This document shows positions 36,961 to 45,969 of a stretch of 64,000 nt of DNA, piece after piece (position 1 is the first letter of the stretch; every line of letters begins with the position of its first letter). Origin of the DNA: Nanobdellota archaeon (GTDB taxonomy: Archaea; Nanobdellota; Nanobdellia; Pacearchaeales; GW2011-AR1); assembly GCA_038045765.1 (NCBI GenBank), contig JBBSXN010000005.1, forward strand, positions 226,144 to 290,143. The letters are read 5' to 3'. The notes under the pieces were generated by a model. That model had not been told where the DNA came from. It saw only the letters and a program-made list of their open reading frames with translations, and searched no databases. The position numbers and the translations under genes are program-made.

Positions 36961-36982
36961 ACTCGTTTTATCTTGATTGGTG

Positions 36983-37999
36983 ATGGCTGTTAAAAAGAGG
37001 GTCGGAGATAATTTAGGATTATATTTATTGTTAGGTGCTTTGGTTCTTGTTGTTTTATTTTATCAACCAGGAGCATTATTGAGTCCAGATTGTGCTGAAG
37101 GCCAAGTTTTGAATGATGCAGGTGTTTGTGAAGATGAATGGATGTCTGGTGATGCTTTTTTATATGATGAAGATGGAAATCTAGTTATCGATATACCTGA
37201 AGAATTTGAGAGTTTTACAGATCCTAGGGACCCAGATGCTTTTAACTTTGGTTCTGAATCTAAAGATTTTGATTTTCCTGAATTTCCCGTAGAATGGGAT
37301 TACCAAGAGGATTTTTATAATGCTTGTGTTGCTGGTGATGTTCCCGATATGGAAGAGAGATGTGGAGATATTGCCCCAATTGAGATAATTCCTCAATGCA
37401 ATCCTTCTCCAGCAGTTCCAGTTGCTAAAATTTATTCTAAAGAAATAACTTTAAATGGAGGGAATGCTTTTCCAGATTCCCGTAAACGAGCAACTATTGC
37501 AGCCGCTGTTGCTGACTTGCAAGGAGAGGCTAATAGAGATAGAACTAATATGATAACTGATTTTGATTGCGAGGGTAGTCCTGCTGAATCTGATATTACT
37601 TGTGAAGTTTTTGATGGTAGAATAAACTATAGAGTTGGTTTAGAGACATCCACACCTCAGAGTAATACTTGTACAAATCCTGGACCATCGACTGCAAGTA
37701 ATCCTATGCATTACGAAACTACTTTTTCTTCAAGTATTGCAGATGATGGTGCCTGTCAGGTAGCGTTGGAAGGACTTGGAAATAATTGGGTAGAGACAGG
37801 GCCTCCTAGTACGTTTAGCTGTCCTAGCGGTTGTGATCCAGCAGGTTCATATGCTTTAGATGTTACGCAAAATGCTGATGGTTGTACTGGTTATGCTACT
37901 AATGATGTTTACTGCGGTCCAAGAGGGGGAAGATTTAGCGGTAAAGTTAAAATAGATCTCTTTGCTTTCTTTACACATGATTGCCGAAGAACTGAGTAA
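36983..37999 (+). CDS. signal-anchored Cys-containing surface protein, mosaic family member A
   Basis: The ORF track uses TTG at 36977. ATG 36983 gives MAVKKRVGDNLGLYLLLGALVLVVLF, parallel to member D. LLSPDCAEGQ and SGKVKIDLFAFFTHDC are shared with member B. Confidence 0.6.
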   Translation: MAVKKRVGDNLGLYLLLGALVLVVLFYQPGALLSPDCAEGQVLNDAGVCEDEWMSGDAFLYDEDGNLVIDIPEEFESFTDPRDPDAFNFGSESKDFDFPEFPVEWDYQEDFYNACVAGDVPDMEERCGDIAPIEIIPQCNPSPAVPVAKIYSKEITLNGGNAFPDSRKRATIAAAVADLQGEANRDRTNMITDFDCEGSPAESDITCEVFDGRINYRVGLETSTPQSNTCTNPGPSTASNPMHYETTFSSSIADDGACQVALEGLGNNWVETGPPSTFSCPSGCDPAGSYALDVTQNADGCTGYATNDVYCGPRGGRFSGKVKIDLFAFFTHDCRRTE

Positions 38000-38097
38000 A
38001 ATTAATTTTCATCTTTCTTTTGCAAATCAATGTCTTAGAACGGCTTAATTTTATTTTTTGGCTAAATATTTATAAACTCGTTTCAGTTTAGAATGTT

Positions 38098-39879
38098 ATG
38101 AGTTTTAAAAGGAGGGCATTGCATAAAAATGCTTGGAAGACTTGGTCTTTATATTTATTAGCAGGATTATTTATTGTTGCGTTTCTCTTTTCACAACAAG
38201 GTGTTTTTTTAAGTCCTGATTGCGAGGATAATGATGATAGTTGTGTTCATGAGGGAGATGAAGATTATATTTCTTGGGAAATTCCTGGAGATGCTTATGA
38301 AGGTGTTCAAGACATAGAAGAGAGTATGAATGATGATCCTGAGACTGAAGATGTTATAGAGGGATTTAAGTTTGGTGGTGATTCTGAAGCACTAGATAAA
38401 GAAGCAGCCGATGCTGCTAAAGAAGCTCAAGAAGATGTTAAAGAATGTGTGGCTGATGCTGATGGAGATCCTGCTAAGCAAAATGAGTGTGGTGAAATTG
38501 CAGCTGCTGCTGGCGGATCTGCTAGTTGTAGTCCTAGTAGTAATCCTTATCCTAAGGTTATAAGAGATTTAGTTACAGTTACTTTTACAGGAGGAATTAC
38601 TGGAGCGCCTTCTGATGAAGCGGTTAAGTCTACTCTTTTACAGAAAGCAGGAGAGCTTAGACAGGAGAATGTAAATGAACAAGAAGCGATAGCTAATGGT
38701 ATGAAATGTAAGGCGTCTACTAAATTTACTAGATGTGAAAAAGAAAATGGAAGAGTTTCTTATTCTATGAAAGTTGAACCACTTAAGAAAAGCGGTGAAT
38801 GTAAAATTCCTAGCGGTTCTGGTGATCAATCTCCAGCTAAGACGGATAAAACTGATTCTTTATCGGCATCAGGTAGCAATGAAGCAGATTGTATAAATAA
38901 ACTTGGAGATAAAGCTAAGGAGTGGGTTCAAGGTCTTAGTTATACTTGTAAGACTGGAAAAATAGGAGCTAATTTCTTTGGTAATGGTGGGACTAATTAT
39001 GGTGAGTGTAAACCTATATATGCTACCTTTGATCTCGATGGAGTTTTTGTTTTATCTCCTGGAAGTTTGGAAGCAGGAACATGTACTGGAAAAGCATCTT
39101 TTACTATTTCTTGTGGTGATGGTCCACTTGTAGAAGGAATTTCAGGAAAAGTTAGAATTTATCTGAAAGGTACATTCACTCATTCTTGTAAACCAATTTA
39201 TGACAAAGAGGCTACTATTGATGGTAGTTCTGGTAGTGGATCTGGTTCAGGATCTGGAAGTGGTGGCAGTAGCGGAGGAGGTTCGAGTGGAGGCACATCT
39301 GGTGGGGGTGGTTCTGCTCCTGAAACTAGTCCTGGAATAAAATCTCCTAGTAGTGATTCTTCAGATAGTTCAGACGCAAATAGTAATTCTGCTAATCCAG
39401 GTAGTGATAGTTCTCTAGCTTCTGGTGATGTTAGTCCATTAACAGATAATTCTAATAGTGCAAATCAAGATAGTAGTAATGATAATTCTAATAGTGCAAA
39501 TCAAGATAGTAGTAATGATAATTCAAACAGTTTAAGTGAGAGTAATGATGCAAATTCTGGTGAATTATCTCCTTTCTTTTCTGCAATTAAAAATGCACTC
39601 CAAGGCCTTAGCGGAGATAGTAAAGATGAAGGTGAGTTGGTGAGCGATAATAGCCAGACCAATTCCCAGAATAGCGATACTTCAAAGTCAAATAGTGCTA
39701 TTAATTTCAATAGCCTTACTAGTGTTAGTAATTCTGATGAAGAGATATTAAGTCCAACGTTAGCTTCAATTAACTATATACTTGAAATTATCAAGGGTGA
39801 AGATACGGAAGTTATAGGTATCTTTCAACCAGTTGAAAAGGCACTTGAAGATTTGCAAGAGTTTTTTGAGGGAAGTTAG
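38098..39879 (+). CDS. signal-anchored surface protein, mosaic family member B (A-like core, G/S-rich and Ser/Asn/Asp-rich repeat tail, conserved C-terminal 45 aa)
   Basis: MSFKRRALHKNAWKTWSLY leader is identical to member C. FLSPDCEDND...SGKVRIYLKGTFTHSC is the A-like core. The tail carries SGSGSGSGSG and DNSNSANQDSSN x2.5. The C-terminus SPTLASINYILEIIKGEDTEVIGIFQPVEKALEDLQEFF is shared with member D. Confidence 0.65.
   Translation: MSFKRRALHKNAWKTWSLYLLAGLFIVAFLFSQQGVFLSPDCEDNDDSCVHEGDEDYISWEIPGDAYEGVQDIEESMNDDPETEDVIEGFKFGGDSEALDKEAADAAKEAQEDVKECVADADGDPAKQNECGEIAAAAGGSASCSPSSNPYPKVIRDLVTVTFTGGITGAPSDEAVKSTLLQKAGELRQENVNEQEAIANGMKCKASTKFTRCEKENGRVSYSMKVEPLKKSGECKIPSGSGDQSPAKTDKTDSLSASGSNEADCINKLGDKAKEWVQGLSYTCKTGKIGANFFGNGGTNYGECKPIYATFDLDGVFVLSPGSLEAGTCTGKASFTISCGDGPLVEGISGKVRIYLKGTFTHSCKPIYDKEATIDGSSGSGSGSGSGSGGSSGGGSSGGTSGGGGSAPETSPGIKSPSSDSSDSSDANSNSANPGSDSSLASGDVSPLTDNSNSANQDSSNDNSNSANQDSSNDNSNSLSESNDANSGELSPFFSAIKNALQGLSGDSKDEGELVSDNSQTNSQNSDTSKSNSAINFNSLTSVSNSDEEILSPTLASINYILEIIKGEDTEVIGIFQPVEKALEDLQEFFEGS
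39445..39530 (+). repeat. 36-nt tandem repeat (gataattctaatagtgcaaatcaagatagtagtaat x ~2.4) encoding DNSNSANQDSSN
   Basis: Seen directly. Copies at 39445-39480 and 39481-39516, then a partial third copy. Confidence 0.7.
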
Positions 39880-41303
39880 TTATCATCTTTTTTATAGAAT
39901 ATAACATAAATATTAGTTTCTTGTATTTCATCTATTTTTATATATTGATCATTTTCTTTTTCAAATATATACTGATTCATTAAAGCGTATGAATTGTATC
40001 TGTCAAAAAAAACTATTGAAGAATCATTAAAATTCTGCTCCTTGATGAGAGATAGATAGAATAATTTATCTTTTACGCATGGAGCGTAAAAACTTAGACT
40101 AGCTTCAGGAATGTCTGTGCTAGTTAGAAATGTTGAATTTGGCCATTTATCGCAGATTTCTTTTAACATAGGTTTCCAATTTTCTCTATCTATTTTTAGA
40201 CTATTTTCATAATATGTTGATAAGTTTGAAGTTATGAACAGAGAAATTATTAATAGAATTAAGATATGAGGTATATATTTATTCCAGTCTCTAGTTTTAT
40301 TGATTGAATAAGAAAGAATAATTATTAATGGGAAGATGGCAAAAGAAAGATATCTGGTTACAAGTATTGGTGTGTAGAAATAATCTATCAGGGATAATAG
40401 TATTATGGGTGTGATAAGGTAGAACAGTGCACTGTTCTTTTCTAGACTTTCTTGTTTTTCTTTAATTAAATGATATATTCCATAAATTACTAGGATAGTT
40501 ATCGCTATTGTTAGAATATTGATTTCTTCAATTTTATAGCTGTTTATGAATGATAGAAATATGCTTCCCAAATTGATTAGGTAGTTTTCTGTCTTACCTA
40601 TCCACAGAATACCTTTTTTGTGAGATATGTTTGTAAAAGCAATACTTACCCATGGAAGATATGATAAAATTATGATGAATAGAGATTTTAGATAGTCTTT
40701 ATTTTTATTATAAATAAACCAGATTATTATTTGGGTTAAAAGTAGTAGAAAACCGAGATAGAGAGTATAAATCAAGGCTATTGTGCTCAATATATATTTC
40801 CATTTATTATTTGATTTTTGGTCTTTTAGGAATATTAAGAAGTAATACCAACTTGCTAGTCCTAAAAGCCAGACTAATGTGTACATCTTTGCTTCTTGGC
40901 TATAATTGATTAGGTACGGCCAGAATGCTCCTAGCAAAGCTGCTAGATATGCAGTTTGTTTATTATTTGTAATTAATTTTGTTAATTTGTATAAATAAAT
41001 TAGTAAAATAGCTCCAAATAGTGCAGAAGGAAATCTAAGAGACCACTCCGATATTCCTATTAGAGATGTCCAAGCTTTTAGAATTAAGTAATACAGTGGA
41101 GGGAAAGGTGAATCTGCTAAATTTGTAAGTGTGTCTAACCAAGAACCAGATATTCTTCCAATAGTCATAAGTTCATCATGCCAGAGACTTGGTGCAGAGA
41201 TTTTGTATATTCTAAGGAGAAAAGCTAATAGGATAATTACTGATAGTAGGATATATTCTTTATTGGTTTTTATGTAATTTAATAATTTATTTTCTTTTTC
41301 CAT
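39876..41303 (-). CDS. GT-C-fold protein mannosyltransferase/ArnT-like glycosyltransferase (PMT_2, GT39/GT83-like), copy 1
   Basis: 475 aa, ~11 TM. The first-loop motif SLWHDELMT is the DE motif. The first ~45 codons are ~85-90% identical at nt level to the 45969 copy. Confidence 0.6.
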   Translation of the reverse strand: MEKENKLLNYIKTNKEYILLSVIILLAFLLRIYKISAPSLWHDELMTIGRISGSWLDTLTNLADSPFPPLYYLILKAWTSLIGISEWSLRFPSALFGAILLIYLYKLTKLITNNKQTAYLAALLGAFWPYLINYSQEAKMYTLVWLLGLASWYYFLIFLKDQKSNNKWKYILSTIALIYTLYLGFLLLLTQIIIWFIYNKNKDYLKSLFIIILSYLPWVSIAFTNISHKKGILWIGKTENYLINLGSIFLSFINSYKIEEINILTIAITILVIYGIYHLIKEKQESLEKNSALFYLITPIILLSLIDYFYTPILVTRYLSFAIFPLIIILSYSINKTRDWNKYIPHILILLIISLFITSNLSTYYENSLKIDRENWKPMLKEICDKWPNSTFLTSTDIPEASLSFYAPCVKDKLFYLSLIKEQNFNDSSIVFFDRYNSYALMNQYIFEKENDQYIKIDEIQETNIYVIFYKKDDN

Positions 41304-41359
41304 CTTAATATCGATACAAATAGCAGAAGATATATAAATAATGTGGCTTATTTTTAATT

Positions 41360-43492
41360 ATGAAGAGGTCTAATAATATTACAGTAAATTCTTCTTGGAA
41401 GAATTGGTTAATTGTTGTGTTGATTGTTGCAATCGTAGTATCTTCTTACTTTGTTTTTTATCAGGATAATATTTATTCTAAGTCTACCACTGGAGCTGTT
41501 CTTTGGCCATGGGAAATATTTGGAGACCCTTGTTATAGTAATCCTGGAGATTTAGATTCAGACGGCGATGGTATACCAGACAATGATGACGACGATGACG
41601 ATAATGATGGAATACTTGATGTTGATGAACCAACAACTGATTCTGATGGAGACGGAACTGAAGATGAAGTAGATACTGATGATGATAATGATGGAACTGA
41701 TGATTCACAAGACAACGATGATGATGGAGATGGAATAGGTGATAACGAAGATACAAGTGACGGAGATAATAATGTAAATGAAAATAGTGGTGATGACGGA
41801 GTTGATGATAATCCTAACGATGATGATACTTATACTATCATTGATGACGAAGTTGATAATTCTGTAAATAATGAGGATACAGATGATGATGGAGTAGATG
41901 ATGTTGTCGATACAGACGATGATAACGATGGAGTACCTGATGGTGAAGAACCTGATAATAGTGATTTAGATGGAGACGGAGAAACAGATGCTATAGATCC
42001 AGATGATGATAATGATGGTGTGGACGATAGCTTTGATAATGACGACGACAATGATGGAATTACTGATGAACAAGATTTAGATAATGATGGAGATGGAGTA
42101 GAAGACAGCTCTGAGGAAGTTACCAATGAGGATGAGGATACGGATGAAGATGGAGTAGATGATTCTGAAGACGTTGATGATGATAATGATGGCGTGAGTG
42201 ATGATGAAGACACAGATGATGATAATGACGGAGTAGATGATGAAGAAGTTGATAATTCAGATACAACTAGTGATTGTGAAGATGGACAATCACTAAATGA
42301 AGATGGTGAATGTGTTAGCGTTATTGATGAAGTATTGGAAGACATATGTAATGATATATTATCAGATTCTTTTTGTGATGGTGGTCTAGAGGAGATTATT
42401 GTAGGTGATGAAGAAGTTGATAATTGTCCAGATGGAACATCTGTTAATGAAGATGGTTATTGTGATGATGATAGCCTTTTAGATGATGTTCTTGATTGTG
42501 TTATCTTAGATGATTGTGATGATGAAATTATTGATGATTGTCCAGATGGAACATCTGTTAATGAAAATGGTGAATGTGAAGATGAGATTACTGATGATGG
42601 TGATTTAGATAACGATGGAATTGAAGATGAAGAAGATGGTGACGATGACAATGATGGAGTATCTGACGAAGAAGATCCCGATGATAATAATGATGGCGTG
42701 GGTGATGAAGAAGCTAATGATGATGAAACGGAAGATGAAGATGAAGAAGAGACGGATGATGAGGAACCAAGTGATACTTGTAAGGATATAGATAACGATG
42801 GCGACGGAGTAAACTCATGTGACGATTGTGACGATAATGATAGTACAAATAAGATAGTAACTGCAGATGCTGATGAAGATGGAATATCTACTTGTGATTT
42901 AGATTGTGATGATAATAGTGAAGATGTGCAAATTACTAAGGCGGATGCCGATTCAGATGGAAAGACTACTTGTGATGGTGATTGTGATGATAATAATAAA
43001 GATGTAAAACCAGGTGCTAGTGAAATGTGTCAAGATAATCTAGATAATAATTGCAATGAATTAGTTGATTGTGCAGATAGTGCTTGCAATGGTTATATAG
43101 TTACGGAAGAAGGATTTGCTATACCTGGTTCTATGTTTGCCCCTCCTAAGAGAGAAGTAGGTATGTGCTGTTCTGGAACACAGGTAGATCATCGATCCGA
43201 TAATAATAATTGCGGATTTTGTGGGAATGTGTGTGCTTCCGATAGATCTTGTAAATTTATATCTATTGCTCCAGGTTGTGTTATAGATAAATGTAAAGCT
43301 CCTACTGGATCAGGTTATCTTACTCAAGCAGATGCTGAGAAAGCTGGTGAAGTTGCTAAATCTAATTTTATCAAAGTATGTACTCTTGCAAAAAATGTTG
43401 ATCTTAGTTATTTTTCTGAGCCTATCTTAGATAATCAAGGTAAAGAAACTGGGCAATCATTCAAAGGTTTCTCTGTAGGCTTTTCTTTTTAG
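41360..43492 (+). CDS. hyper-acidic secreted protein with Asp-rich, thrombospondin-type-3-like (putatively Ca-binding) repeats and C-terminal Cys-rich MopE-like metal-binding motifs
   Basis: N-terminal signal anchor. ~25 repeats of D.DDDNDG..D (e.g. DTDDDNDGTDDSQDNDDDGDGIGDNED). C-terminal motifs CDDCDDNDS, CDLDCDDNSED, CDGDCDDNNKDVKPGASEMCQDNLDNNCNELVDCAD. Confidence 0.6.
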   Translation: MKRSNNITVNSSWKNWLIVVLIVAIVVSSYFVFYQDNIYSKSTTGAVLWPWEIFGDPCYSNPGDLDSDGDGIPDNDDDDDDNDGILDVDEPTTDSDGDGTEDEVDTDDDNDGTDDSQDNDDDGDGIGDNEDTSDGDNNVNENSGDDGVDDNPNDDDTYTIIDDEVDNSVNNEDTDDDGVDDVVDTDDDNDGVPDGEEPDNSDLDGDGETDAIDPDDDNDGVDDSFDNDDDNDGITDEQDLDNDGDGVEDSSEEVTNEDEDTDEDGVDDSEDVDDDNDGVSDDEDTDDDNDGVDDEEVDNSDTTSDCEDGQSLNEDGECVSVIDEVLEDICNDILSDSFCDGGLEEIIVGDEEVDNCPDGTSVNEDGYCDDDSLLDDVLDCVILDDCDDEIIDDCPDGTSVNENGECEDEITDDGDLDNDGIEDEEDGDDDNDGVSDEEDPDDNNDGVGDEEANDDETEDEDEEETDDEEPSDTCKDIDNDGDGVNSCDDCDDNDSTNKIVTADADEDGISTCDLDCDDNSEDVQITKADADSDGKTTCDGDCDDNNKDVKPGASEMCQDNLDNNCNELVDCADSACNGYIVTEEGFAIPGSMFAPPKREVGMCCSGTQVDHRSDNNNCGFCGNVCASDRSCKFISIAPGCVIDKCKAPTGSGYLTQADAEKAGEVAKSNFIKVCTLAKNVDLSYFSEPILDNQGKETGQSFKGFSVGFSF

Positions 43493-43496
43493 ATAA

Positions 43497-43763
43497 TTAT
43501 TTATTAGGAGAGTATTTGAAATAATATGTTTTATTCCCGTAGAACATAGGTCTTAATGAGCTTGTTTCTCTCATTAGTCTTTCTTGTTCTTTTACGAATA
43601 TATCATCTTCTCTCTTTAGTATTTGCTCTCTTTTTACTGGGTCTAAGACAAGAGGTATTCCAAGCAGGCGAGCGTTTGCACATCCTGTTGCGTATAAAGC
43701 ACCTGCTAAAGCAATTGGGGCTAGAATTCTATTTAGTTTGCTTCTTTCCATGTATTTTATCAT
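43497..43763 (-). CDS. hypothetical small protein (88 aa)
   Basis: It lies in an intergenic-size gap. LAPIALAGALYATGCANARLL is a hydrophobic segment. The support is weak. Confidence 0.25.
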   Translation of the reverse strand: MIKYMERSKLNRILAPIALAGALYATGCANARLLGIPLVLDPVKREQILKREDDIFVKEQERLMRETSSLRPMFYGNKTYYFKYSPNK

Positions 43764-43861
43764 AAATATGGATATTTAAATGTTTGTATTTGTTACTTCT
43801 CTATAGTGATATAAATGAATACTTAATGAATATTTATATAGCTTGATAGTTTTATATTAAT

Positions 43862-44512
43862 ATGAGTTTTAAAAGGAGGGCTTTGCATAAAAATGCTTGG
43901 AAGACTTGGTCTTTGTATACTTTAGTAGGTTTGTTGGCTTTCACTCTTTTTTATACTTCTTTTGGGCAAAATCAAGTATTTTTCTCTCCAACTGTGCAAC
44001 AGTTTGAAGATAGAAGTTTAGCTCTTCATACGGAATTTGATAATCTTCAAATACAATTTAATGAAAAGAAAGCAGATTATGTCGCATGTATTACTGATTT
44101 ATCTGATAAGATGTCTAATTTGAACACTAATTTAGATACTTTAGATGAAGAAGAAATTACAGAAAGAAGAGCAGAAATTGCTGCTAAGAATGAGGAGTGT
44201 CAGGCAATTTATGAGGATATAGCTAATAATATTGCTTCATCTGTTTTACTTGCTCCATGCGATAGGTTACCAGCTCTTGCTAATGAATTGTATTCTGAAA
44301 TTCAAGAACGATTTAATGAAGAAGACGCATTAGTAGAAAGTGAAGATGAGAATGCTGATCCTCAGACTCTTGAACAAATTGTAGATTTACGTGACAATGT
44401 TGCTTTGTTAGAGCTTAATATGAATGAATTTTGTCAAACTTTAAGGGGTTTTCCAGATCCTTGTACTGCTCTTGGAAATACAGAATATAATGGAAGATCT
44501 CAAAATCCTTAA
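43862..44512 (+). CDS. signal-anchored surface protein, mosaic family member C (short, coiled-coil-like core)
   Basis: Leader MSFKRRALHKNAWKTWSLY, with upstream DNA identical to member B. The core has YVACITDLSD, ECQAIYEDIANN and DPCTALGNTEY, paralogous to member D (YQACITNLIG, ERCQDLYNEANA, DPCTALSSQGE). Confidence 0.6.
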   Translation: MSFKRRALHKNAWKTWSLYTLVGLLAFTLFYTSFGQNQVFFSPTVQQFEDRSLALHTEFDNLQIQFNEKKADYVACITDLSDKMSNLNTNLDTLDEEEITERRAEIAAKNEECQAIYEDIANNIASSVLLAPCDRLPALANELYSEIQERFNEEDALVESEDENADPQTLEQIVDLRDNVALLELNMNEFCQTLRGFPDPCTALGNTEYNGRSQNP

Positions 44513-45969
44513 TTAATTCTTTTTAATATATTTGCTTTTAATGATCCTTCTTGGATTGTTTTGTTTAGATAATACCTGTCTTTTGTATTGTTTTTGAGAT
44601 CTCTTAATTGTAAAGTTGCTTGAGGTGCTAGACGAGAGAGGAAAATTAGTTTTTCATAAGAATAGTTTGCAGTTAGTTTATCTGAAGGTATGTCTGTTAT
44701 GAAAAGAGCAGGGATTATTACTTTTGGAAGGCAAGCCCCATAGTAATGCAGTATTTTTTCAGGGCTTGAAATTCCATTGATTATAAGCGTTTTATTATTT
44801 ATTTCGTTACATGTTTCATTGAAGAAGGAGCGCCAGTCTTCTCCTTCTATTTTTAACTGGTTTTGATAGTATGGTGATAAGTGTATAGTGAAAATGGATA
44901 TTGTCAAGATGATTAAAATTATCATTGAGAGATACTTACTCCATTTATTTGTGTAGTTTATTGATAAAGCTATTAAAATTATTAATGGAATGTGGATAAA
45001 GCCTATGTATCTTGTTACTAAGATAGGGGTTGATAAAAAGTCTATTAGTATTATGAGAAGTAATGGTAGGAAAGTCAGTAATAATATATATGTTTTTTTC
45101 CAAGAATTAATTTTATCTTTATTTTCTTTTATTAGAAATAGTGTTGTTATGCCTGATAAGATTAGTATTGTGTAAATAGTTAATTCTAGAGAAGTATTTG
45201 TTCTGAAAATATCTGAAAATATCTCTTTTAAGGCTTGGAGATAGTTATTAGTTTGTAATACCCATTCAATTCCTGACTTGTGAGATATGTTTTGAGAAGC
45301 TATTCTTATCCAGGGTATGTATAATAAAATTATTGATAAAAGAACAATAATCATTTCTTTTATTGGTTTTCTTTTTGAATAGAGTAAGAAGCAGGTTAAT
45401 TGAGTTATGAGGATGAGAAAACCGAAATATAGTGTGTATATCATTAATGCGGTAAATAGCGTATATAAGATAATATTTCTTTTATCTGGATTTTCTATAA
45501 AATTAAGAAAATGGTAGAATGAAGCTATAGATAAAAACCAGACCATTGAATACATTTTTGCTTCTTGAGCATAGTTAATTGCATATGGGAAAATGGCTAA
45601 TATAAATGAAGAGATTAATGCTGTTTGTTTGTTAAATAGCTTTTTTGTTAACAAGTATAAATAAGGTATAGTGAGTGTGGAAAATATTGCTGAGGGGAAT
45701 CTTAATGCAAATTCTGAGAAACCAAATATATTTGTCCAGAATTTCGTTAATATATAATATAGTGGTGGGAATGGAGAGATTAATAGTGTGGTGAGAGTGT
45801 CTGAGAATGAGCCTTGTAATCTATAGAAAGTCATTAATTCATCATGCCAGAGACTTGGAGATGAAATTTTATAGATTCTTAGTATAAAAGCTAATAGGAT
45901 AATTACTGATAGTATGATATATTCTTTATTGTTTTTTATATAGTTTAATAGTTTATTTTCTTTTTCCAT
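44509..45969 (-). CDS. GT-C-fold protein mannosyltransferase/ArnT-like glycosyltransferase, copy 2
   Basis: 486 aa. MEKENKLLNYIKNNKEYIILSVIILLAFILRIYKISSPSLWHDELMT matches copy 1. Confidence 0.6.
   Translation of the reverse strand: MEKENKLLNYIKNNKEYIILSVIILLAFILRIYKISSPSLWHDELMTFYRLQGSFSDTLTTLLISPFPPLYYILTKFWTNIFGFSEFALRFPSAIFSTLTIPYLYLLTKKLFNKQTALISSFILAIFPYAINYAQEAKMYSMVWFLSIASFYHFLNFIENPDKRNIILYTLFTALMIYTLYFGFLILITQLTCFLLYSKRKPIKEMIIVLLSIILLYIPWIRIASQNISHKSGIEWVLQTNNYLQALKEIFSDIFRTNTSLELTIYTILILSGITTLFLIKENKDKINSWKKTYILLLTFLPLLLIILIDFLSTPILVTRYIGFIHIPLIILIALSINYTNKWSKYLSMIILIILTISIFTIHLSPYYQNQLKIEGEDWRSFFNETCNEINNKTLIINGISSPEKILHYYGACLPKVIIPALFITDIPSDKLTANYSYEKLIFLSRLAPQATLQLRDLKNNTKDRYYLNKTIQEGSLKANILKRIN

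Noticed and set aside
36977-36982. TTG start at 36977 used by the ORF track for surface protein A
   Set aside because: ATG at 36983 gives a leader (MAVKKR..) parallel to member D (MSVKKS..). It is 22 nt from the TATA box, like the other family members.
41484-42651. Antisense ORFs (41484..41756, 41533..41715, 41830..42345 Ser-rich 171 aa, 42457..42651) opposite the Asp-repeat gene
   Set aside because: They are artefacts of the GAT/GAC-rich sense strand. The opposite strand reads ATC/GTC as Ser/His-rich low-complexity. There are no start or promoter signals, and the sense gene has clear signal peptide and domain structure.
43556-43765. 69-aa plus-strand ORF overlapping the 43497..43763 minus-strand ORF
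   Set aside because: Both are weak. The minus-strand one has a plausible hydrophobic segment and is kept at low confidence. The plus-strand one is Leu-rich with shadow-like composition.
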